In this document: positions 35,964 through 43,722 of the stretch, one piece after another
Layout: each line of letters starts with the position of its first letter
Numbering within the stretch: the stretch's first letter is position 1
Assembly: GCA_017410325.1 (NCBI GenBank)
Contig: JAFQRA010000034.1
Location: 64,188-128,187 of the forward strand
Reading direction: 5' to 3'
DNA from: Clostridia bacterium
Lineage (GTDB): Bacteria; Bacillota; Clostridia; Oscillospirales; Acutalibacteraceae
Length of the DNA stretch: 64,000 nucleotides
Notes under the pieces: model-generated
The model's input: the letters and a program-made list of their open reading frames with translations, nothing else
Told to the model about the DNA's origin: nothing
Databases searched by the model: none
Position numbers and translations under genes: made by a program

Positions 35964-37085
35964 ATGACAATTTTCTCTTTGCTTTACGCTATGTTTCTGG
36001 CGCTGTTTTCTACAATAGGTGCCTACCTTCCCATTGATTTCAATATTACGGTTGAGCCCTGCGTTTTCGACTGCGGCGGCGAATACTATTCCGTTGTCTG
36101 GGCTACTTCGGGCAAGGGCAGCGGCTATGTTGAGTATACATACAACGGCGAAGAAAAAATTATATGGGACGCTTCGGGCGGCCTTATCAGAACGGACGAT
36201 ACCGTTCACAGCGTTCAGGTGCCCAAGGCAGAGCTGCAGGGCAACACTTACAAGGTCGGCTCGCAGCAGGTCGGTTACAAATTCGGCTATAACGCTTTCA
36301 AGCGCAGGAGCGTTGAAAGCAAGGAATACAGTTTCAACGGCGTACCCAAGCAGGACGATATAAAAATACTCTGCATTTCCGATATTCACGAGATGAAAAA
36401 GGAAATGTCAAATGCAGTTTCGTATTTCACCGATAAGCCCGATGTGATAATGCTCCTCGGCGATGTTAAGAGTGCAATGGTATATAAGAGCGATTTCGTC
36501 AACCACGTGCTTGAAAATGCGTTTACCTTGAGCGGCGGTGAAATTCCCGTTGTATACACAAGGGGCAACCACGAAACACGCGGCGAATTCGGCGCACAGG
36601 CTATCAAGTATCTGCCGAGTGAAACGGGCGAATATTACTTCACCTTCGATTTCGGTTCGCTTTCGGCAATAGTTATCGACTCGGGCGAGGATAAGGAAGA
36701 CGACCACGAGGAATACAGCGGCCTTGTCGATTTTGCGGCCTACCGTGAGCAGGAATACGGCTGGCTCTGCTCGCTTGAAGCTGACCGCTTCGAAAACGCA
36801 ACCTACAAAATCGCCTTCAGCCATGACCCGACGCTTACCGACCATTTCGGCAAGGACTGGACAGCGCCTATGATTGACCTTGGCATGGACCTTCTTGTCG
36901 GCGGCCACCACCACACCAACGAGTTTATTGACGGTGCTCTGCCCGTATTTGTTGACGGCGGCAAGCAGAACGACGGCTCGGGTGCGTGGATAGCTTCAAT
37001 GCTTACACTTAAGGATGGCACAATCCGTATGCTTTCGATTGACGACAGCGGCAACGTCAAGCTCGACAAAACAATTGCCGCATAA
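35964..37085 (+). CDS. calcineurin-like metallophosphoesterase
   Basis: 373 aa. ILCISDIHE, LLGDV and RGNHE motifs, with an N-terminal hydrophobic segment. Confidence 0.75.
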   Translation: MTIFSLLYAMFLALFSTIGAYLPIDFNITVEPCVFDCGGEYYSVVWATSGKGSGYVEYTYNGEEKIIWDASGGLIRTDDTVHSVQVPKAELQGNTYKVGSQQVGYKFGYNAFKRRSVESKEYSFNGVPKQDDIKILCISDIHEMKKEMSNAVSYFTDKPDVIMLLGDVKSAMVYKSDFVNHVLENAFTLSGGEIPVVYTRGNHETRGEFGAQAIKYLPSETGEYYFTFDFGSLSAIVIDSGEDKEDDHEEYSGLVDFAAYREQEYGWLCSLEADRFENATYKIAFSHDPTLTDHFGKDWTAPMIDLGMDLLVGGHHHTNEFIDGALPVFVDGGKQNDGSGAWIASMLTLKDGTIRMLSIDDSGNVKLDKTIAA

Positions 37086-37090
37086 AACAC

Positions 37091-37119
37091 TTGCATATTT
37101 TGTCGCAATGTGTTATAAT
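37091..37119 (+). promoter_or_regulatory. promoter of the Mn riboswitch-mntP unit
   Basis: TTGCAT, a 17-nt spacer, then TGTTATAAT (extended -10). Confidence 0.65.
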
Positions 37120-37126
37120 CCCGTTT

Positions 37127-37299
37127 GTTCGTGAGGGAGTAGCAAGCGCAGTACCTCTGCGCAGCAAGTCAACATACTGGTTTTAAACCTGGCTTGCTTT
37201 AATTTGCGAGACTCATGCCTAACTGTTTCAGCTATGCATGAAGTCTGTCCTTTTATAAAAAGCTGCAGGGCATAGCTGAGTGCTGTGCCCTTGTTTTTT
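37127..37299 (+). promoter_or_regulatory. yybP-ykoY (manganese) riboswitch with terminator expression platform
   Basis: GAGGGAGTAGC and TTGCGAGACTCATG resemble the two conserved cores of the motif. It ends in hairpin GGGCATAGC/GCTGTGCCC + TTGTTTTTT (37268-37299), directly upstream of mntP, the classical genomic context. Confidence 0.75.
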
Positions 37300-37318
37300 A
37301 TTGCGGAGGATTGTTAAA

Positions 37319-37900
37319 ATGAATTGTGACGCTTCTTTCTTTTGTACAAGCGTAATGCTCGGCGCAGGCCTTGCGATGGATGCTTTTTCCGTGTCGCTTG
37401 CAAACGGTCTTAACGAGCCGAAAATGAAAAAAGGCAGGCTGTGCGGTATAGCCGGCGTGTTTGCTCTGTTTCAGTTTGCAATGCCGATTATCGGTTGGGT
37501 GTGCGTACATACGGTAATGCAGTGCTTCACCGCCTGCGGAAAGCTTATTCCGTGGATTGCCTTCGGTCTGCTTCTGTTTATCGGCGGTAAGATGCTCGTT
37601 GAGGGCATAAAAGGCGGCGAAGAGGACGAAAAGCCCGCCGTAGGTCTTGCCGGGCTTCTGGTGCAGGGTGTTGCAACCTCGATTGACGCACTTTCCGTCG
37701 GCTTTACGATTGCCGATTACGACGGTCTGAGAGCCTTCGTGTGCTGTCTGATAATTGCCGTCGTAACCTTTTTGCTTTGTGTGGGCGGCCTTATACTCGG
37801 CAAAAAGTTCGGCACAAAATTTGCAGGCAAGGCTTCAATTCTCGGCGGCGTTATACTTATAGCCATAGGTCTTAAAATTTTTATTGAGGGAATATTTTAA
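37319..37900 (+). CDS. mntP: manganese efflux pump MntP
   Basis: Two DUF204 repeats (MDAFSVSLANG, SIDALSVGF). I place the start at the ATG 8 nt after GGAGGA; the track ORF begins earlier, inside the terminator. Confidence 0.88.
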   Translation: MNCDASFFCTSVMLGAGLAMDAFSVSLANGLNEPKMKKGRLCGIAGVFALFQFAMPIIGWVCVHTVMQCFTACGKLIPWIAFGLLLFIGGKMLVEGIKGGEEDEKPAVGLAGLLVQGVATSIDALSVGFTIADYDGLRAFVCCLIIAVVTFLLCVGGLILGKKFGTKFAGKASILGGVILIAIGLKIFIEGIF

Positions 37901-37995
37901 TATTCCAAAACATAATTAACACTCTGTTAATTGACAGCAGCCTTTCCGTGCGTATATACTTGAATTAAAGTATATCGGAAAGGTTGTGTTTTTTT

Positions 37996-39906
37996 ATGAA
38001 AAAACTCATTTCGCTTATTCTTTGTATCAGCCTTTGCTGCGGCTTTGCCTTTGCATCTGCCGCACAGGAGGAGGGGACTTCAGTGAAAGACGTTACAATT
38101 ATAATCGGCGCAGACGCTTGTGAAACGGATGCTTACGCCGCACAAAAGCTCGAATATTATCTTGAAAAGGTAACGGGTGCGGATATTGCAGTTGCAACAG
38201 ACGATACCGCCAAAAGCGGTGCTGAAATCGTTGTGGGCGCAACCGCAAGAAAGCAGTTTGACCTGAGCGGCTACGACAACGGCGGCTATATCATCAAGTC
38301 CGAGGGCGACACCGTTTATATCTGCGGTGCAGGCACGAGAGGCACCGTCTACGGCGTTTACGGCTTCCTTGAAAAATACTGCAACTGCCGCTGGTACAGA
38401 TACGACGTTATCTCTACGCCCGAAAACGCAGACCTTGCTCTGCCGACGGATGCGGATTACAGCTACAAGCCTTTCTTTGAATACACACAGACCGATACCA
38501 ACAGCTCCCGTGACACGGAGTTTTCCGTTGCAAACGGTCACAACGGCGGCGTTTACGTTACACTCAGCGCTGAGCAGGGCGGCAACGTAAGCTACATAGG
38601 CTCTTTTGCGCACACACTTACTACGCAGTACTGCAAATCCTCGCAGTATTTTGAAACCAACCCCGAGTATTTTGCACTTCACGACGGCAAGCGTACGCCC
38701 AATCAGCTCTGCCTAACAAACCCGAAAACCCTTGAAATCGTAACTGCCGAGGCGCTTGCCGTGGTTGCCGCAAACCACGACCCGTCGGCAAGCGTGCAGA
38801 TTCTTTCGCTCACACAGCACGACAATCAGGACTACTGCGAGTGTGAAAACTGCAAGGCTCTTGACAACGAAAACGGCTCACATTCGGGCACTATGATTAC
38901 CTTTGTCAACGCCGTTGCAAAGGCAATTGAGGACGCAGGCTACACCAATATTGCGGTTGATACCTTTGCCTATCAGTACACCCGTCAGGCACCGACAAAA
39001 GTTGTACCCCGTGACAACGTTATAGTCCGCCTTTGCTCAATTGAGTGCTGCTTCGGCCACACGCTTGACGATGCAAGCTGTCAGGAAAACGCCGCATTTA
39101 TGGCAGACCTTAAGGCCTGGGGCGAAATCTGCAACAGAATTTATATATGGGACTACGTAAATAACTACCGTGAATCCGTCTGTATTTTCCCGAACTTCGG
39201 TGTAATGCAGAGAAACGTTCAGATTTTCTACGAAAACAACGCAAAAGGTGTTTACGAGGAGGGCAACTACTACGTTGCCGAGTGTGACGGCGAATTTGAC
39301 GACCTGCGCACCTACCTGCTCCAGAAGCTGATGCAGAACCCGTACGTTGACATTGAAAAAGAGCTTGACGGCTACCTTGAAGCCGTTTATGGTGCAGGCT
39401 GGAAGAACATAAAAGAGTTCCTTGAAATAATGACCGACCACGCCGTAACGGACAAAAAGCACCTTTCCATTTACCAGCACTCAAACGAGACGCTTTACGG
39501 TATGACGAAAGCGGATATTGCCCGTTGTGACGAATTATGGCAGGCGGCAATGGACGAGGCAACAACCTCGGCTCATTTCCGCAACATTCTGCAGTCAAGG
39601 CTCAGCTGGAGATACTGGAAATGCGCCAACAAAAAGGGCGAGTTCTCCCGCCTGCAGTTCCCGTACGTCTGGATGAAGGCACAGGACGACCTTTACAACG
39701 ATATGAAGGCGTTCGGAATAGTGCGCCTCGGCGAGGGCAACAACCGTGCTCTTTCCGACTGTGATATTCTCCACCTTATAAGAGAGCCCTTCAAGTGGAC
39801 CGAGCTTTACGACGAGCCGTACTGGGAAGCACTCAACCCCTATATGCTCAAGCTCTACGATTTGCTCGGAAAAATCTATAACGCATTTTTCAATAAAGCG
39901 GTATGA
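37996..39906 (+). CDS. secreted DUF4838-family protein (putative glycoside hydrolase)
   Basis: Signal peptide MKKLISLILCISLCCGFAFASA. The central region with CLTNP...LSLTQHDNQDYCECENC is typical of DUF4838 as I recall it. Confidence 0.65.
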   Translation: MKKLISLILCISLCCGFAFASAAQEEGTSVKDVTIIIGADACETDAYAAQKLEYYLEKVTGADIAVATDDTAKSGAEIVVGATARKQFDLSGYDNGGYIIKSEGDTVYICGAGTRGTVYGVYGFLEKYCNCRWYRYDVISTPENADLALPTDADYSYKPFFEYTQTDTNSSRDTEFSVANGHNGGVYVTLSAEQGGNVSYIGSFAHTLTTQYCKSSQYFETNPEYFALHDGKRTPNQLCLTNPKTLEIVTAEALAVVAANHDPSASVQILSLTQHDNQDYCECENCKALDNENGSHSGTMITFVNAVAKAIEDAGYTNIAVDTFAYQYTRQAPTKVVPRDNVIVRLCSIECCFGHTLDDASCQENAAFMADLKAWGEICNRIYIWDYVNNYRESVCIFPNFGVMQRNVQIFYENNAKGVYEEGNYYVAECDGEFDDLRTYLLQKLMQNPYVDIEKELDGYLEAVYGAGWKNIKEFLEIMTDHAVTDKKHLSIYQHSNETLYGMTKADIARCDELWQAAMDEATTSAHFRNILQSRLSWRYWKCANKKGEFSRLQFPYVWMKAQDDLYNDMKAFGIVRLGEGNNRALSDCDILHLIREPFKWTELYDEPYWEALNPYMLKLYDLLGKIYNAFFNKAV

Positions 39907-40427
39907 TTATTCTGATTTCGGGCGCAAGCCACACGGGCAAAACCCTGCTTGCACAGCGGCTGTTAGAGCGGTTTAAGTTTCCCTACCTTTCGATAGACCA
40001 CCTTAAAATGGGGCTCATCCGAAGCGGTCAGACAAAGCTGACACCGGAGGATGACGATTTGCTCACGCCATACCTTTGGAGTATCGTAAAGGAAATTGTA
40101 AAAACTGCCATTGAAAACGGACAGAATTTAATAGTCGAGGGCTGCTACATACCCTTTGATTGGCAAAAGGATTTCACGCCCGAATATTTACGGCACATCA
40201 GATACGTCTGCCTTGTTTTCAGCGAAAATTATATTGAAAAGCACTTTGCGGATATCAGGAACAACGCAAACGCGATCGAGCAAAGGCTTGACGATTCGGG
40301 TTTCACAAAGGCTCTTGCAACCCGGGAAAACGCAAGGTACCTGCAAGGGTGCCGTGAAAACGGCTGCAGCTATGTGATGATAGACGAGCAGTACGATGTT
40401 GACGAGGTTTACAAAAGCATAATATAA
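39903..40427 (+). CDS. P-loop NTPase/kinase-like protein
   Basis: 174 aa with Walker A GASHTGKT. Its ATG overlaps the upstream stop (ATGA). Confidence 0.6.
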   Translation: MIILISGASHTGKTLLAQRLLERFKFPYLSIDHLKMGLIRSGQTKLTPEDDDLLTPYLWSIVKEIVKTAIENGQNLIVEGCYIPFDWQKDFTPEYLRHIRYVCLVFSENYIEKHFADIRNNANAIEQRLDDSGFTKALATRENARYLQGCRENGCSYVMIDEQYDVDEVYKSII

Positions 40428-40431
40428 AAAA

Positions 40432-40467
40432 ACAAGGCTTGTGCATTTTTGCATAAGCCTTGTTTTG
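40432..40467 (+). terminator. intrinsic terminator
   Basis: ACAAGGCTTGTGCA / TGCATAAGCCTTGT stem with one mismatch, followed by TTTT. Confidence 0.7.
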
Positions 40468-40524
40468 ATAAGAGAGCAGAGCGGTTTGTCAAGTTGTTTG
40501 TTATACGTAAATTGAATGCAATCC

Positions 40525-40717
40525 GTAGGGGTCGGCGTCCTCGACGACCCAAAAAAGTTTATTAATATATCAATGTACGATAGAACTGTAGGGAACGCTC
40601 TTGAGCGTTCCGCAAGGTCTGATGTAACTTAACGGAACGGTCAAGACCCTTCCCTACAACTCGCCGTAAAATGGATATAACATTTTACAAAGGGTCGTCG
40701 AGGACGCCGACCCCTAC
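40525..40717. repeat. nested REPIN-like composite (family A outer pair, family C inner pair)
   Basis: The outer pair is a perfect inverted 26-mer: GTAGGGGTCGGCGTCCTCGACGACCC (40525-40550) and its reverse complement (40692-40717). The inner pair is GTAGGGAACGCTCTTGAGCGTTCC (from 40588) and GGAACGGTCAAGACCCTTCCCTAC (to 40657). Confidence 0.88.
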
Positions 40718-40735
40718 GATAGCGCTTTCGTTAAG

Positions 40736-41329
40736 TTAATCCGGCATTTGTTCCTTTGCAAGGTTTTTGATTACATACGCTTTGCTGGTAATGCAATCGT
40801 AAGGATTACCATTTGTCCAGTTTCGTTCTTCGTCCTCATAAACACCGTCGTAAAACTGCCAAAGCATAGCAGTTTCGTAAGAAATTCTGTCACTGATTTT
40901 TTGAGATATACTACAAGCCTTCTCAAAGCTATGTATTTCAGAAACTTGATGTATTGCAAACGGGTAGGCAAAATCTATGCTTGAATCATCGTGTGTTGAA
41001 TTAATGTTGGCACATATACCGTATTGAAATACTCTTATATGACAGATAGTTATAATATTAAGGTCATCGCTATTGCTGTAAGGATTCTGACAGATATCCC
41101 ACAGCTTTTTTATGAGCTTTGGCGATAATTCTTTAACAACTAAATTAATCAAATCTTCTTCTGCTGAACTGATTTTTATGTCAGCTTTTGTTGGCTGTGC
41201 ATTAACCTGAGCTTCTGTAGGAGCGATTTCAGGCTCGATATAATCTGTATCGTTGGAAGTGCTATTGTGGTTACTATAGATCGCTAAGCCAACCATTACA
41301 ACAATTACAACAAAAATTGTAAACCACAT
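40736..41329 (-). CDS. hypothetical membrane-anchored protein
   Basis: 197 aa: N-terminal TM segment (MWFTIFVVIVVMVGLAIY), a polar linker, then a domain of about 130 aa. I recognise no family. AT-rich. Confidence 0.55.
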   Translation of the reverse strand: MWFTIFVVIVVMVGLAIYSNHNSTSNDTDYIEPEIAPTEAQVNAQPTKADIKISSAEEDLINLVVKELSPKLIKKLWDICQNPYSNSDDLNIITICHIRVFQYGICANINSTHDDSSIDFAYPFAIHQVSEIHSFEKACSISQKISDRISYETAMLWQFYDGVYEDEERNWTNGNPYDCITSKAYVIKNLAKEQMPD

Positions 41330-41338
41330 ATTGTCACC

Positions 41339-41530
41339 TCAAAGTCTGTTTTCTCGTGCTCTTTCTATCATATCGTTTGTTTTGTTCGGGTCGCTTCTGA
41401 AACGTGAACAGGCTTTTTCGTTTGCAAGTACCCATCTTCCGCTTACCTCGGTGCATTTGAAATGTGAGCCGTTTTTTTGATATAAATCACAATAGATACA
41501 CATTCCGCACTTGCCGTAATAGCTTTCCAT
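41339..41530 (-). CDS. small Cys-rich hypothetical protein
   Basis: 63 aa from the ATG preceded by GAGGAG. MESYYGKCGMCIYCDLYQKNGSHFKCTE...KACSRF contains 6 Cys, including CxxCxxC. The stop lies 9 nt upstream of the next gene. Confidence 0.5.
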   Translation of the reverse strand: MESYYGKCGMCIYCDLYQKNGSHFKCTEVSGRWVLANEKACSRFRSDPNKTNDMIERARENRL

Positions 41531-41595
41531 AAAAAAATCTCCTCTCACTTATACGCTAATGTGACGTAATTATAACATTGTGTTATGTTAAAGTC

Positions 41596-41616
41596 AATAC
41601 GTTAGAATAACGTATT
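41596..41616. promoter_or_regulatory. 9-bp perfect inverted repeat (candidate XRE operator)
   Basis: AATACGTTA-GAA-TAACGTATT, ending 12 nt upstream of the XRE ATG in the divergent promoter region. Confidence 0.4.
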
Positions 41617-41628
41617 TGTGAGAGATAT

Positions 41629-41886
41629 ATGAAAAAAATTACATTTAACAGCAACAAAAATATCATTTCCAAGGCTTTGGTTGAATACAGGCAGAAACGT
41701 AACTTGTCACAAGGGGAGCTTGCGGCAAAAATGCAGACAATGAATGTCAATATCGACCAGCAAATGATAAGCAAAATTGAAAAGAATCAAAGGCAGGTAA
41801 CTGACTACGAATTTGCCTGTTTTTGCAGATGCTTAAATATATCACCCGATGAAATGATGAAATATTTTGATGAATATCTTGAATAA
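41629..41886 (+). CDS. XRE-family HTH regulator
   Basis: 85 aa. HTH core RNLSQGELAAKMQTMNVNIDQQMISKIEKNQRQVTDYEF. Confidence 0.75.
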   Translation: MKKITFNSNKNIISKALVEYRQKRNLSQGELAAKMQTMNVNIDQQMISKIEKNQRQVTDYEFACFCRCLNISPDEMMKYFDEYLE

Positions 41887-41891
41887 CAAAC

Positions 41892-41926
41892 AAGGCTTGC
41901 ACGGTTTTGTGCAAGCCTTAATTTTT
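41892..41926. terminator. intrinsic terminator between convergent genes
   Basis: AAGGCTTGCAC / GTGCAAGCCTT stem followed by AATTTTT. Confidence 0.7.
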
Positions 41927-41932
41927 GCAGTT

Positions 41933-42790
41933 TCAATCCTTATAATCTCTTACGAAATTTGCGATGAGGTTGCTGTTTGCGCCGTATGCCTGCAACGCAA
42001 CAACTCTGTTCTGTGCGGGGGCAACAATCAGCTTCTGTCCGCACATACCGCCCTTGAAATAAATTGTGCGGCTTTCGTCCCACTCGAAGGCGTAGCCTCT
42101 TTCAACGGCGATGTTGCACCATTCCTCGCTGAGCACTCTTTCGCCGCCGTAAATGCCCTTGTTCAGGTAAACGAGGCCGAGCTTTGCCATATCTGCGCTG
42201 TGAATGTAAAGCCCCGTTGCGCCCATTGCGTGTCCCTTCGGGCAATGGCTCCACGCCATTTCCTGAAAGTCAAGCTTGTGAAGCAGTTCCTTCCACATAA
42301 AGTCATCAAGTGAAAGTCCGCTTTTCTTTTCAACAATGCAGGAAAGCAGGTAATATGCGCCGTCGGAATACCGTTCCTCGGTGTCGGGCGTGTAGGCAAG
42401 GGGATAGGTGAGGGTGTATTTTAAATAATCCTCGGTAAATTCGCTTGATTTGTGCGTGTCAATGTCCAGGAAGCCTCCCGGCAGACCTGCACGGTGGCGC
42501 AAAAGCAAATCCACGGTTACGTTCTGCCAGCGCTCGTCCATACCGCTTTCCGGCAGCTCGTCTGCAAGAATATCGCACAGCTTTTCGTCCGTGCGGAGAA
42601 GCCCCTTGTCGTAAAGCAGACCGATTGCAGTCATCGTGAATGCCTTTGCAACGGAATAGGCGTTCTGGCAGGGGTTGCCCTGCACGTCCTCATCGGTTTC
42701 GGACACGCCGTTGTGAATTTCCGTCAGGCGGATGATTCTGAACGGCAGGGTTTCGATGTATTCCATACATTCTTCAAGAAATCTGCTCAT
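41933..42790 (-). CDS. serine hydrolase, beta-lactamase/transpeptidase-like
   Basis: 285 aa. It has an SxxK motif (YSVAKAF) near the N-terminus. Confidence 0.65.
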   Translation of the reverse strand: MSRFLEECMEYIETLPFRIIRLTEIHNGVSETDEDVQGNPCQNAYSVAKAFTMTAIGLLYDKGLLRTDEKLCDILADELPESGMDERWQNVTVDLLLRHRAGLPGGFLDIDTHKSSEFTEDYLKYTLTYPLAYTPDTEERYSDGAYYLLSCIVEKKSGLSLDDFMWKELLHKLDFQEMAWSHCPKGHAMGATGLYIHSADMAKLGLVYLNKGIYGGERVLSEEWCNIAVERGYAFEWDESRTIYFKGGMCGQKLIVAPAQNRVVALQAYGANSNLIANFVRDYKD

Positions 42791-42792
42791 AA

Positions 42793-43482
42793 TCAGCCTC
42801 CGAAAACGTCGGACTCTATGTAGTCAACGCCCAGTGCGCTGATTCGTGCCAGCTCGTCAGCCGTGTTGACCGTCCACACGCCGACCTCAAGGCCGTGTGC
42901 GTGGAATTCGTCAACCATTTCCTGCGTGATGACAACCCTGTCCGCATCAATTGCAATGCCGTAATCAAAGCAGCGCTCGTAGTTATTCTGCGCCGTGCCG
43001 TAGGTGAACATCAGCGGCAGGTCGGGGAACATTTCGCGCGCCTTTATAAGGTTGTCAAAGTCAAAGGACTGCAGTATGCATTTTGAAAGGTCGTAAACCT
43101 CGGCGGCAAGGTCGAAAACAGCCTTCACCTGCTCGTCGGTGTAGCTGCCCTTGAGCTCGATAAAGCAGACCATACCGTTTTCCTTCATAATTTCAAGGTA
43201 TTCCTTAAAGGTGCAAAGGTAAACCACGTCGTCGCTTTTTTCGTTGAGCAGGGGCTTTGCGGTCAGCTCCTCAAAGGTGTGCTCGCTCACAAGCATCTCC
43301 GTGCCGTCAAAAAAGGTTGCTTCCTCGTTGTGGTTGGTTACAAGAACGACGTCCTTGGTGAGCCGTACGTCCGTTTCGGCACCGCCCGAACGGTTTTCGG
43401 CCGCCTTTTTAAAGGCAACCGCCGTGTTGTCGGGGTATTTTGAGCTGTAGCCGCGGTGGGCAATCATACAGATATTGGACAT
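42793..43482 (-). CDS. glycerophosphodiester phosphodiesterase family protein
   Basis: 229 aa. IAHRGYS...PDNT...ETDVRLTKD, GDPD motifs. Confidence 0.85.
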   Translation of the reverse strand: MSNICMIAHRGYSSKYPDNTAVAFKKAAENRSGGAETDVRLTKDVVLVTNHNEEATFFDGTEMLVSEHTFEELTAKPLLNEKSDDVVYLCTFKEYLEIMKENGMVCFIELKGSYTDEQVKAVFDLAAEVYDLSKCILQSFDFDNLIKAREMFPDLPLMFTYGTAQNNYERCFDYGIAIDADRVVITQEMVDEFHAHGLEVGVWTVNTADELARISALGVDYIESDVFGG

Positions 43483-43526
43483 AGTTTTTTCCTTTCGTTG
43501 AATTACAGTTTGTTGAGATTTTAATT

Positions 43527-43657
43527 GTAGTACGCTGTAACAACTAAAACTTCACTGTAGGGGCGGCTATCAGCCGCCAGCAAACCGAGCAATATCAGCA
43601 CGGGCGGATAATATCCGCCCCTACAAAAGTCAACTTTAAGATGTTACAATGTACTAC
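43527..43657. repeat. nested palindromic element: family B REPIN inside a GTAGTAC..TGTAAC inverted pair
   Basis: The outer arms are GTAGTACGCTGTAAC (43527-43541) and GTTACAATGTACTAC (43643-43657). The inner part (43551-43640) is the inverse copy of 17696-17790. Confidence 0.85.
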
Positions 43658-43722
43658 GGTGTGTTCTCTTTCTAAACAGTTGGACAAACTATAATTTATT
43701 CTATCATCTATCTTTTTTCAAG

